Under the pieces are notes generated by a model, which did no database searches, was not told the DNA's origin, and was given only the letters and a program-made list of their open reading frames with translations. The translations under genes and the position numbers were made by a program. Below, in pieces: positions 38,700 to 49,969 of a stretch of DNA of 64,000 nt; the stretch's first letter is position 1, and the number at the start of each line of letters is the position of its first letter. Source of the DNA: Orbicella franksi (lineage: Eukaryota); assembly GCA_964199315.1 (NCBI GenBank), contig OZ116702.1, positions 21,328,001 to 21,392,000 of the forward strand. The letters run 5' to 3'.

Positions 38700-39273
38700 A
38701 AATGTATTGATATAAAAGGCTTCACAAACAGAGACAAAAGGAACTTAATTGAGAGCAATGCACGAGGAGCAGAAGACACGGCTAAGAACAATGATCTGAG
38801 AACCCTCTTTATGACAACACGGAAACGTAGCGGGATAAGATGCAATCAGAATTGCCCAGTTAGAAGTGAAGATGGCACTCTCTTGACAAAAATGGAAGAC
38901 CAGCTTCAGCGATGGAAGAGGCATTTTGAATCCGTATTGAACAGACCAGCTCCAAGCCGATTACCAGATCTCCGACCTGCAGACGTTCCTCTAAACATCA
39001 GCACAGGACTTATTTCCAGGGGAGAAATTAGAACAGCCCTCACTTAATTGAAGAATGCCAAAGCTCCAGGGGTGGGTAACATCCCTCCTGAAGCATTGAA
39101 GGAGGGAGGTCCTTGTACTGTGGAAGCACTGCATAGAATTTTAAATTTCGTATGGAGAAAGAAGATATTCCAGACGACTGGAAGAGAGGTCTTCTAGTAA
39201 AGCTGGCAAAAAATAGGCGACGTTAGTTTGTGTGGTAACTGGAGGGGAATAATGTTGCTCTCAATACCCAGCG
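38700..39273 (+). mobile_element. Internal fragment of an RTE-clade LINE (upstream of and into the RT), pseudogenised
   Basis: Reads RWKRHFESVLNRP...LKNAKAPGVGNIPPEALK...IPDDWKRGLLVKL...GDVSLCGNWRGIMLLSIP with stops and frameshifts. Abuts a tRNA-SINE 5' end (gtgggaggcgcggtggcc). Confidence 0.85.
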
Positions 39274-39297
39274 TGGGAGGCGCGGTGGCCTGAGTAA

Positions 39298-41147
39298 TGT
39301 CCAGGATTGAATGCAGTTACGGAAACTGCGAAACTTGCAATAATTGTCAAGACCATCGACAAAATCTACGAAATTTATTCAAAGGGTTGCAAAGAAGGCC
39401 TCACCAAAGTTACGAAAACTGCGAAAATTACGAAATTTACGAAAACTGTGAAATTTGCAATAATTTCTTTCCAGTTAGGCTCCCGTCCACACGCATCCGG
39501 CGAACTCGGCAGCGAATCCGGATACTTTTAAACCTGCTCTCCAGAGTGGAAAGAAATAAATCTGCAATGAATCTGATACTTGTTGACGGGGAATCCGCAT
39601 ATTTTCGAATCCGATGATGAGCAAAATCGTGTCTGGCAGTCTCTTTTTACTATAAATCAATATGGCGGCACAATGGCAACTTATCGGTATTTTTAGTGTT
39701 TGAGTTTGATATATAACTTTCCGCATTTGAAAACAATTACTATGCCTTGTATAACTATTTATTAAAGAATACTTGGAGCTTTGGTTTTTGTTGTCCCTTA
39801 ATATGGATTTAAATTTAAATTTTTTTCACTCTGAAGTGCATATTGCATATTACTTTTATCCCCAATTAGAAGTATGATAGGTTGACATTATAATTGTCAC
39901 AAACCGATTTTACCCATATTTTAATGAATATGTATTGTGAAAGACAAGTTGAATACCATACAGTGTGCAGGGTAATAATTCCTTTATTGTTTACTTAACG
40001 CATTTCAGCTTGGCATATACTTACTATTGGCATATACTTGTGCAACCTATCCCTTGATACTCATGACTTATTTTCCCATAGAGAGGCGACTAGGCTATAA
40101 CATAGCTGAGTGCGTTTTAGAATAAGAAGCCTACTTGTAGAACGTCAGTGCCGTGATAGTCTTGTTAATCCGCGTACAACAAGCGCTTTGAGAACGAAAC
40201 ATTGCAGTTTGTTATCTCTTGTGGTGTTACGTTAAGCGCATACATTTTGCTTTCGTGACCTTTCCCAAAAGTCGCTTGGAGGTCCTTGGATAGCAATAAG
40301 AAGGTTACTTGTGCAAGGTATCCTTGGATACTTACGACAGTGTGCACAGAACAAACGCTTGAGGACGACATGTGCACATTATTATCTCGTTTAGTGTTGA
40401 CGTAAATGTCATATCATTTTGCTGTCGTGGCTTTGCCGAAACTGGCTTAGGAGAGTGTTAGAACAAGGTTAATAAGCCGTGTGTGACGAGCAGTGGAAAG
40501 GAATATTCTCCTTCCGCATTATGTTCCCATAGACAAGTACGCTTAAACATCGCTGTGTGCATTTTAGATGGTTTTGAATACGTAACACGCTTTTAGAACG
40601 TACAATATATTTTTAGTGAACTAGAAACGCTTATCTCATGTTATGTTTTGCCGGTGTTATGTTAATTCATTTGATTGCGTTAAATTTCTCATAACCCGTT
40701 TTACGATTCTCGGAGAAAAAGCGTGAAAAATATACAGTCTATACAAATTTACAGAAACATGCTTGTCATCTTTGGCGGTTTGTTCCTGTTATGTTAATTG
40801 CAAGAAATTGCTAATTTTGTATAATCTGAGCACCGCCACTGGTAAGTGGAATTAGCATTACAAAGAAGTGTAAAAAATCGCAATTTTCGCAATGAGTTGA
40901 CGAAAAATCGTGAAGTTAGCGAGAAATCGCAAATTTTGTAAGTTTTGTAAAATCCGCAAGCCGGTGCTTGCTGATGTATTAGCATAAAGTTGTAAATTTC
41001 GCAATAATGTGCGGAAAAATCGTTGAGGCAGCGAATTTTTGTAAATCTTGTAGAGTTTAACGAAAAATCGCAAATTTTGTTAAATTTGAAACTCAAACGA
41101 AAAATCGTAAAATTTGTAAAATTTGTAACTGCGTTCGATCCTGGACA
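39298..41147. mobile_element. 1850-bp non-autonomous TIR transposon with TAA TSD and subterminal short repeats
   Basis: TIR tgtccaggattgaatgcagttac / gtaactgcgttcgatcctggaca. TAA at 39295-97 and 41148-50. Many (t/c)gcgaaa and acgaaatt-type motifs near both ends. Confidence 0.75.
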
Positions 41148-41151
41148 TAAG

Positions 41152-43784
41152 TGACTTTAGCATAACCCTTTGACGGACTATCAAGGTAAGCGCAATCTGA
41201 TTGGCTTTACAGACACCTACTATTGATTGATAAACGGTCTTTGCGGTTTTTACAGTTCTTTATACGTTACTTACAAACAAGGCGTCGTACCAAACCGGCA
41301 ATATGAAGGCTGAACCTGACGAATTTTACAACAACTTACAGAACGCAAAGATAATTATAAGCAATTTTTAGTGAGAATACACTAAATCTTGACATTAAAG
41401 ACAATGTCAACTTCAGTGATGTTGATAAAGTACAAAACCAAAACCCTAATAGCAACACAAAGGTTATGTTTTTTTAACATGCGTTTTATCGCCATGTTTA
41501 TCACCGCAGTTTCCGTGTTATTTCTTATCAAGCTACGATGGCCAGAGAAAAAGACCACAACAACAACTAGCTTTATTTGCATGACCATAAATACATACAG
41601 TGTTGCAAAAGCTTTAGTAACCTAAAACTAAAACAGTAACGATTATCGTGATCATATAATAATGTTATGATATAGCAATCAAGTTACATTGGTTTGATTT
41701 GAAAGCAGAATACTGCGTAGATCAAAGCAATATGAAATAAATTTTGCTAATTGAATATTAATATAATGATTTGAAGAAGTCATAAGTTCGCCAATGGCTT
41801 GTAACGAAGATAATTGTACAAAAGTCGGAATGATATGTTCTATTTTTTATATAAAATTTATTTCTTAGAATAGAGTATTTATTGCAATATATAAAAAAGT
41901 GAGATTCGTCTTCAATTTGATTAGATGCACAAATAGGGCAGAGTCTGTTAACCCTTTGAATACCAAACTTTCGCCAAAAAATACCGTTTTAACCGTTTAG
42001 TCAGGTTTTTTAGCTGCCATGACGCTAAATAAGCCTAAGTTTTGCTAAAAAAGCTTGTTTTTACTAAAAGGGGAGATTTTTCGAGGATTAGGTACAAAAT
42101 TGAGCAAAACTTCAGTTACGGGCATGCGCATAAGCCAAAATTTGGACTTCTTTTTTTTTGCCATTAACCGTTCTCAATTTCGTTTGTTGGCCCTTTCCTT
42201 TCTGTTTTTCTCTGCCCTTTTACACTGGCTACCTTTTGCATTGTATGTTCTTTCTGGCTGCAGTGAAAAGTTGGATGTTAATTACGGGCGAAGCCTAGAA
42301 ATGGCCAACATAATGTTTGATTTTACCGTTAGTTAAGTACGTAAGATCAAAAAAAAAAACGAGGGAAATCACAATATTCAGACATACTTAAAATATTAAA
42401 ATAATAACTATTTTTACCAGCGTGATGAAGATCTTGCGACATGAGAAAAATTTGTTTAACAATAGAGCAATTATCCTTACTTAGAAGATATGAGGAGTAA
42501 TTCGTGATTTCCTGATTGATAGCTATATAATGAGAGGAAACCTACCAAGTTCAGCTCTACATGCTACATTGGATACTTTATTGCTTAACTCTAAATAACG
42601 TTTACAGAATTGGAGATGTGTTTTTTCGATCTGGGAACTTTCCCAAGACTTGAGATCAGATTTTGCATATGCACCCCAGACTTCACTGTTATATGTCAAA
42701 ATTGGGGAGATCATTGCGTCGAAAATTTTATTCGCTAGGAATGGAGGTAGTTTGCTGAAATTTGCGTGTTTTCTAAGACTGAAAAGGGCATGAAGGGCCT
42801 TTCCTTTAAATTTAGCAAGTGCCAATGAAAAGTTACCCGTTGAAGAAATGAATGTTCCCAAATAAGTATAATTTTGAACAATTTCAACAGGCTGATTGTC
42901 GATATGAAAATTAGACTCTATACATTTCTTAGCACGTTTTTGAAAGATCATAACTTTGGTTTTTTTTGGATTGATACTTAACATCCATGTTCTGCAATAG
43001 GATGACAGAGTGTTAAGGCAATCTTGCAGTCCTATTTTTGATCTTGACAATATGACTAAATCTTCTGCATATAAAAGTGAATTTAATTTTGCGCCATTTG
43101 GTAGGACAAAGGGATCAGATAGAATTTTTTCAAAAGAGAATGATATGTCATTAATAAAGAGGTTGAACAGTAACGGACTCAAAATACAACCTTGGCGTAC
43201 CCCTCTTACGTATGGAAAGGGCCGTGTTTGATTTTGACCAATTTGTATGGAACATGTAGAGTCTGAATACAAGCTCTTTATTAAATTGAAAAAACAGCCA
43301 CCGATATTAATTTGTAAAAACTTAAATAAAAGTCCGTCATGCCAAACTGAGTCGAAAGCTTTTTTGAAGTCGACAAAACAAGCATAGATTTTTTCGTTGT
43401 GGTGATGCACGTATTTATCTACTAGATAAAAGAGTATTTACGATATGTTAACATACCCCGTATGTTAACATACCTCGTATGTTAACATATCCCGTAGCAA
43501 TAAGGACACCAATGCGCTGACGAATTAAAAATGAATAGAGCATTTCATGTCACGAAGCACGGTCAAAATACCATTAATTACAAACAGGGGGAAACCCAGT
43601 ACCACGTGAACATCTGTTTCAGTTATAATAAAACAATCTTACTTTGAACCGCAGAGCAAGCAAGCTGACCCCACGTGGACTGTAAGATCACTGGGGCGAT
43701 CTGCGTGATACATAATCGTGTGATGATGCATGATCGTATGATTGTCATGGTATAGCCCTCGCGCAAAGGAATCAATCTTTCATT
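41152..43784. repeat. Copy 1 of a ~600-bp local duplication (41152-41470 + 43478-43784), split by a ~2-kb insertion
   Basis: Colinear with 46055-46675 (gactatcaaggtaagcgcaatctgat...aaatcttgacattaaagacaatgtcaacttcagtgatgttga...atgttaacatatcccgtagcaat...catggtatagccctc...aatcaatctttca). Confidence 0.85.
42523..43410 (-). mobile_element. Non-LTR retrotransposon RT fragment (RTEX/L2-like), catalytic YADD altered to YAED
   Basis: CFVDFKKAFDSVWH, GVRQGCILSPLLFNLFIND, LLYAEDLVILS, CRAELGRFPL. Confidence 0.85.
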
Positions 43785-44144
43785 CCCGGGAGGGGATACT
43801 CCCTTATATGGGCTATATAAGTATGTGCGGCCCTAAAGGGTAGGGTTTTTCAGCCGTTTTGGTCATAAATAGGGTATGGTTTCAGCACTCGAGTATGGAA
43901 TTGGGTATGTTCAATAGAAGAAGTTACTTCTTCATCATTATCAATAAGACCGAAAACAAAAGCCCTTCAAAACTTATGTTTAGGGCAACTGTGCCAGCCG
44001 CAACGATCATAAATAGGGTATCGAATTTTAGGCCAGGTCATAAATAGAGTAGCAAAAATCGCAGATCTTGGTCATAAATAGGGTAAGGGTTTTGGGAAGT
44101 GGACCGCACACCCCTACCCAACTTTTCTGGAGTACCCCCCCGGG
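43785..44144. mobile_element. 360-bp MITE with CCCGGG termini and 8-bp TSD (hAT-like), in the 3' UTR of the membrane-protein gene
   Basis: TSD CTTTCATT at 43777-84 and 44145-52. Internal ggtcataaataggg repeats. Confidence 0.85.
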
Positions 44145-44185
44145 CTTTCATTCCATCATGTTGATTGCTCTCGGCTGGTACGCGT

Positions 44186-45827
44186 TCATTTAGTGTTCAT
44201 GTATAAAAACTTTGAAAATGGCTCTGTGCAAGTAAAATTAAGTTCATCACCTTTTGAAGTGTACCTGCTTTTAGCTACAACCAAAATAAACAAACGAGGC
44301 ACGAAATAACACAGAGTCACTGCAGTTAAAATAAAAACAACTAGCATGTGCTTTCGCCATTTCTTCCTCCAAACTCGCACCACAGCCACATTTAAATAAG
44401 ACATTTGCAGCCAAAACGAGAACGAGTTAAAAACGAAATCGATGCTTAGAGCAATGGACACGCGAATAAAGAACTCTGCTATAGACCCCAGACCTTCGTC
44501 GAGATACGTGAATTTGTACAGCTGTATGAAGCCGACTGCCGCTATCATTGCTGTTGATTCTCCGAGAATCATCTGAATGCTCATGTCCGCAATAAGGCGC
44601 ATGCTTCTTGGCGTGCGAAATTTATCTGCTCTCAACGTTTCTTCTGCCTCCCTGTCTCGTTTCAGCTTCCTGTAAACAAAGTACCAAAAATAATCTCGTA
44701 CGACAATGGTTAACCTTTCGAGCAAATCCACAGCGCCGTGTGCAAAACTCAGCCAAACAAACAGTCTACGTTCGACGAGGTCAGCTTGCAAGATACGAAA
44801 AACGATGGCGGAGGCGGTGAACAGGACGCTTAACAACACGTGTGAGTCACCGGGGTGAACAAAATCAATTCTTTGCGCCGCCAAACGCACGATGACCTTT
44901 GGTATGGCTGTTATTAGTGGGAGCCCGCCAGCAATAATAGTTCTAAGGATTTCGTTATCTTCCTTTGCGTACAAAGGAATCAGTATATAGACGAAGGAAA
45001 GCGTAAGAGGGATACCAAAAGCAAACTGAAGTGTCAGCATCGCCGCAACCTTCAAGGCCTTCTTGACTTTCAAATTCCTTAATGTCTGTGTTTTATTTGC
45101 TATTTCTTTGCCGAGTAGGAAACTATTCATAAGCACAATGAACACGAACAAACCATTCAATGGATATGATTTCCAGGATTTGTGATAATTTCCATAAATA
45201 TAGAAATAAAGTCTGAAACAAGTGTCAAAAAACGCGCAGAGGAGATTGAGGGTCAGCAGATTGAGTTTCTTGATTACAGGCCATCCAAATATCAACAGTG
45301 CAACAAAAAAAGTCCACATTTGAATAAAGTAGGCTCCAATTGTCCCCTCAGTAACAACAAATGCCTGAGTCTTTTCAGGAAGAGCCGTCCAGTTTGTAGA
45401 CTTCCAATTAAAGCATAAAATATCTGAAGCAAAATAATAAATCAGCATCAAAATAGGAAGCAAACCAAGTGCCACTCCACCGACAATCTGTATGTAGAAT
45501 GCGTGATTCATTGCCTCCCAAAGCGACATCCACCATTTTTTCGGTCGAGATTTTTTCCAACCCATTTTGCTGACGTCTCCTGGGGGTGGATCGTACTCCT
45601 GAAAAATCGTGTCTTGTTGATTAAACTTCTTAAAATCCTCCAAAAGATCCTCTCGTTGTCTTAGCGGAGTGTCCTCGAGTGCTTCCTGAGCTCTGCAGGA
45701 CTCGATCACACCAGCCGTGAACTTGTCGGTAAAAGAAACTAACAGGCCTTCGAGAAAGGACATAGTGACTGCCATCTTTACAGAGAGTTTATGTACGATA
45801 CTGACGTTTCCTGATTCTTCTTGCGTC
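44186..45827 (-). CDS. Uncharacterised polytopic membrane protein (529 aa from ATG 45775; ~9-10 hydrophobic segments), one large exon
   Basis: Intact 1590-nt ORF with alternating hydrophobic stretches and charged loops. Acceptor ttttgtag|G at 45828/45827; the 52 nt before the ATG are open in frame (TQEESGNVSIVHKLSVK-M), so an upstream exon is possible. Confidence 0.8.
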
Positions 45828-46054
45828 CTACAAAAGTAAAAAGTTCTTAAAGCTTTCCGAAGTCTCTAAAAAAAAACTGGCAGAAACGTCAAGTTAACTT
45901 TGTTTTTTAGTTGACTGCATGCAGTACAGGACGTTTTTTTGTTTTACTGACGGTAATAGAACACGAGTCACAAGCTGTTTTGGCTGTGCCACGAGCATCA
46001 TGCGATCAACTGTTTTTGCATCATGGGACTCGGCTGTTGTGTTAGAAGAGCTTT

Positions 46055-46725
46055 TACTTTAGCCTAACATGTAGACTGACTATCAAGGTAAGCGCAATCT
46101 GATACAGAAACCTGCTATTGATTGACAAAGAGCCTTTGCCGCCCTTGCATCTCTTTATACGTTACTAACAAAAAAAGGTGCGGTACCAAATTAAACAGAC
46201 AATATGAAGGCTAAACCTGCAGAATTTTACATCAACTTACAGAACGCCGATAATTATCAGCAATTTTTACTGAGAATACATTAAATCTTGACATTAAAGA
46301 CAATGTCAACTTCAGTGATGTTGAGGAAGCACAAAACCCTTATAACAACACAAAGGTCATGTTAACATATCCCGTAGCAATGAGCACACCAATGTGCTGA
46401 CACGTTAAGAATGAATAGACTATCTCATGTCACGAAGCACGATCATGATACCATTAGTTATAAACAGTGGAAAACCCAGTGTCACATGAATATCTGTATA
46501 ATAATAATGAAACAATTTTACTTTGAACTGTAGCGCAAGCAAACTGACCTCACAAGGAGTCTAAGATCAATGGGGGCGATCTGCATAATGTATGATCCCG
46601 TGATGGCGCATGATTGTCATGTATGATCGTGTGATTGTCATGGTATAGCCCTCTATCAAAGCAATCAATCTTTCAAAGCAATAGTTCTTGGTCAGTAAAG
46701 TTTAGTTATGCCATCATATTGATTG
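46055..46725. repeat. Copy 2 of the local duplication, an orphan copy of the membrane gene's 3' flank
   Basis: Similar to 41152-41470 + 43478-43784 and, at its right end, to 44145-44175 just after the stop codon (gagaacaatcaatatgatgg versus gagagcaatcaacatgatgg on the - strand). Confidence 0.8.
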
Positions 46726-47669
46726 TTCTCTGTTTACACATGTAACTCACTATTCAAACAATGCAGTGGGAGATAAACTAAGAATAAAGCCAGGATCCGA
46801 GCCAGAATCCGAGCCAGGATTCGAGTCAGGACAGTGTCGAATTTGTAAAGCCCGCGAGTGTATTTATATAGATATATATTTTTATTTATTACTAGGTAAA
46901 TGAAAAATAGTTTCATGGGAGAGAAAATCGTCGTTTGAATGAAAAACTATTTCAGTTTACGAGAACATCCAGGAACACTGAAAGTTTTTGATACCTTAGT
47001 AGACTTACTAGTCAATTTCTTTTCAATAATACTAATACATTTCATTTTGGCGGCGCCCAAGTGTATTTCTACCAGAAAACTTGACTTGCCACGGGGATTC
47101 TAATAGTTGGATTTGTTCACTAAAAATGCCGGCAAGGGCTTCGATCGTTTTTGCTGTAGGAATGTATAAGGCTCCTTTTTGTGTAGAGTTTCTACAGCTC
47201 TGATACATTAATGTCGAGTTTGATTTTATACAGTGCAAAAAATGTTGAAATTTTAAGAAATAAAGAGGGCGTTTTCGTGCCGAACACGGCAATATTTAGT
47301 CGTGCAAAGAAGTTTGATCGGGGCAGATTTTGATCACCTGCTATGTAACCTCTGCACGTAGCGCAATCAACAAAACAACGTTATAATTTGTTATTTTTGG
47401 CAAGCTTCGTCCAAACACTTGATTATACCCACGTACCTAAAATTTACTCCTTGTTTACAAATCGTTATCAAAAATTTAGTCGGTGGATGGTTTGCCGGCC
47501 GTCTCTTGTCCGTGCGGTAAAGTTACTTGCCCGAGAGTAAAATGTACTTGTCCCAGACGAGCGGACGGGATGGGAGTTTCTTCGAGTCCTGCACTAGCTA
47601 TCAAACTTTCTGGAATACAAGTTCAAATGTTCAAATTTTCAGATTTCAGTATATGTGTAATACATGTGG

Positions 47670-47875
47670 CAAGACGCCGCCCAAAGCAATCCTGGAGGCG
47701 AAGTGTGTAATACGAGCTCGCCAAGAAGAATATCACTTGGATAGAGGCAAAGAGAACTGCCAAAAATTGAGTCAGGTGGAGGTCCATGGTTGACGCCCAA
47801 GGCTCCCCAACAGGAGAGAAGATGGCCTAATTTATCGTAATGCACAAACAAACAAACAACAAACAAAGATATGAA
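47670..47875 (+). mobile_element. 3' end of an RTE-clade LINE
   Basis: Reads RRRPKQSWRRSV...KKNITWIEAKRTA...RWRSMVDA with a frameshift, then a (CAAA)n tail. Confidence 0.7.
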
Positions 47876-48536
47876 CTGTAAGAAAAGTTCTTTAAAAATT
47901 TAAAATCTGGTTATTGCTTCTGCGGGAAGATGGATTATTTTTCCAGTGCTGGCAAGAGTTTGAAGTGATATTTCATCAAAGAAATTAAAGCTTTAGTTTT
48001 TAACGCACATTGACCTGTATTTCTGAGGCGTTCTGAATAGATATTTCCCCGAAATTGGTACTCTGGATTTAAAGATGCGCCGATACTCTGGGGCTTTCGA
48101 ATCGATCCGATACGTGGAGCGCGCGGTCGGTCTCGCGAGCGTGCGCGAAAATATTTTCGTGGCAGCTGATGTTCAAGCCCGCCCAAGCGTGAGATCTTGT
48201 TATGGCTACACTAAATGCAGATCGCCGATCAATCTTCACTGAAGCCGCTTTGTCTTGCACGTTAGGCTTATTAATTGACAGGAATCCTTGAAATAGAACT
48301 TTCTCTTTTCGCAGCAGCTGTATCAGAGCGGTAAATCGTTTGCCATATCTTATCAGTTAGGCTTCAAAAGAGATCGCCAAACTAATACGCGTCGAACAAC
48401 AACTTATGAATCAGTGTGGTGCGGAAGTTATAGCACTCACTTCACCTTCATTTCATTTCATTTTACGTTCCAATTTGGTTGATTGATTCTGAATGCATTA
48501 AATCAGATTTCAACGTAAAGGATGCGTTGCACGCAC

Positions 48537-48585
48537 TATATCTATAGTGGACAACAAGATACCCCTGCTGTCCACTATAGATATA
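48537..48585. repeat. Perfect 17-bp-stem hairpin (tiny MITE-like)
   Basis: tatatctatagtggaca-N15-tgtccactatagatata. Confidence 0.85.
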
Positions 48586-48740
48586 CATTACTTTAGTCGA
48601 ACACAATCTTGTAATTACTGCATACAAACTCAGTCATCTGCAATCCAGTAATTACTGAATACAGCTACTTTAATAACATTCCAGTGATTTGGAGAGCGGG
48701 CCAAAGTGATTACAATAGCTTACCTCGAGTCTGTTAATGG

Positions 48741-48955
48741 CTACCAAATCACTTTCTATGGATCTGTTAGTTAACTAACGAAATCTGTATCATCGACTTC
48801 AAAGAAGGTTGCTTTGAATGCTAGAAAATACTACCATTCAAAATACTACCAAATCATTTTCTGTGGATCTGTTAGTTAACTAACGAAATGTGTATAGTCA
48901 ACATCAAATAAGGCTACTTTGAATGCTAGAAAATACTACGATTTAGCAATTATAT
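48741..48955. repeat. 105-bp tandem duplication (2 copies)
   Basis: ctaccaaatca(c/t)tttct(a/g)tggatctgttagttaactaacgaaat...ctttgaatgctagaaaatactac at 48741 and 48846. Confidence 0.85.
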
Positions 48956-49179
48956 ACTGAATACAAAATGACAGAAATGAAATATTGCGGAGCCCAGTGA
49001 TTTCATCAGGGAGACTATCAAAGTATGCGTTCCGGTGTTAGTTTCCATAACGGATTGACTTGGTTGTATTTTCTGTAGTTTTTCTTAAGTACATAACTGC
49101 TAATTTGTCCTGTTTTGTAATATTCAGCGCAGTTATATGTCAGAAAGCAGTCACAGCACAAGTAACTGAAGTTTACTTA

Positions 49180-49960
49180 GAGTATTTCTGATTGATATCA
49201 TCTTTTATGTATGCGTTGCTGCTAGTAATAACACGCTAAATGGACCTCAGTTGTGTCCGCCGTAACTGCTGTCTGCATTAACTGCTTGATTATTTTAAAA
49301 TATTGCTTTCTATGCCCCTAATTAAGAACCAAATTCACAAAATACAACCCGGTAATCGGTTATACAAACATCAGTTACCTTATGTATTTCTTCCGTGGTC
49401 TTTGCTACGACTGCTGTGTAACATCAAACTGCCTCAGTTCTTCGCTGATCATCACTAAATATTGTTATCCAGTTATTATGTACTGAACATTAAGTATTGA
49501 AGATACAACCCAGTAATCCGTTATGGAATTAAACTATCAAATAGCCATGTATACGTTTGTTCAAGTGACATTCTTAGTGGACCTTAGTCGTTTTTGCAGT
49601 GATTGCTCTCTAACGAACATTAAACTGCGATGATTACTAAAAAATATTGTTAACCAGTAATTATGCACTGAATTAGTATAGAAAATACAGCCCATTAATC
49701 CGTTATGGAAACTATTTAACATCTCTTTCTGCGTTCGTGCAAGTAATAGTCTTAGAAGACTTCAGTGGTTTCTGCTTTCACTGCTGTTTTTTTAACTGCG
49801 TTCATTCCTTAAAACTATTACTATTCAGTAATTATGTACCGAATACAAACTAAACAAAACTATCAATACAACTCAGGAATTTCTGTCAGGGAAATTAAAA
49901 ATCATCTATGTATGCGTTCGACTTCAGTCGTTTCTGCTGAGATTGCAGTCTGACATCAAA
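49180..49960. repeat. Degenerate ~160-180-bp tandem array (at least 4 units)
   Basis: Recurring atacaacc(c)...taatc(c/g)gttat at 49342, 49503, 49685 and 49866, and cagt(a/t)attatg(t/c)ac(t/c)gaa at ~49470, 49655 and 49826. Confidence 0.6.
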
Positions 49961-49969
49961 TTCACTTCG

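Noticed and set aside
39297-39617. CENCENYE-type Cys-rich ORF
   Set aside because: It is the translation of the subterminal repeats of the 39298-41147 TIR element.
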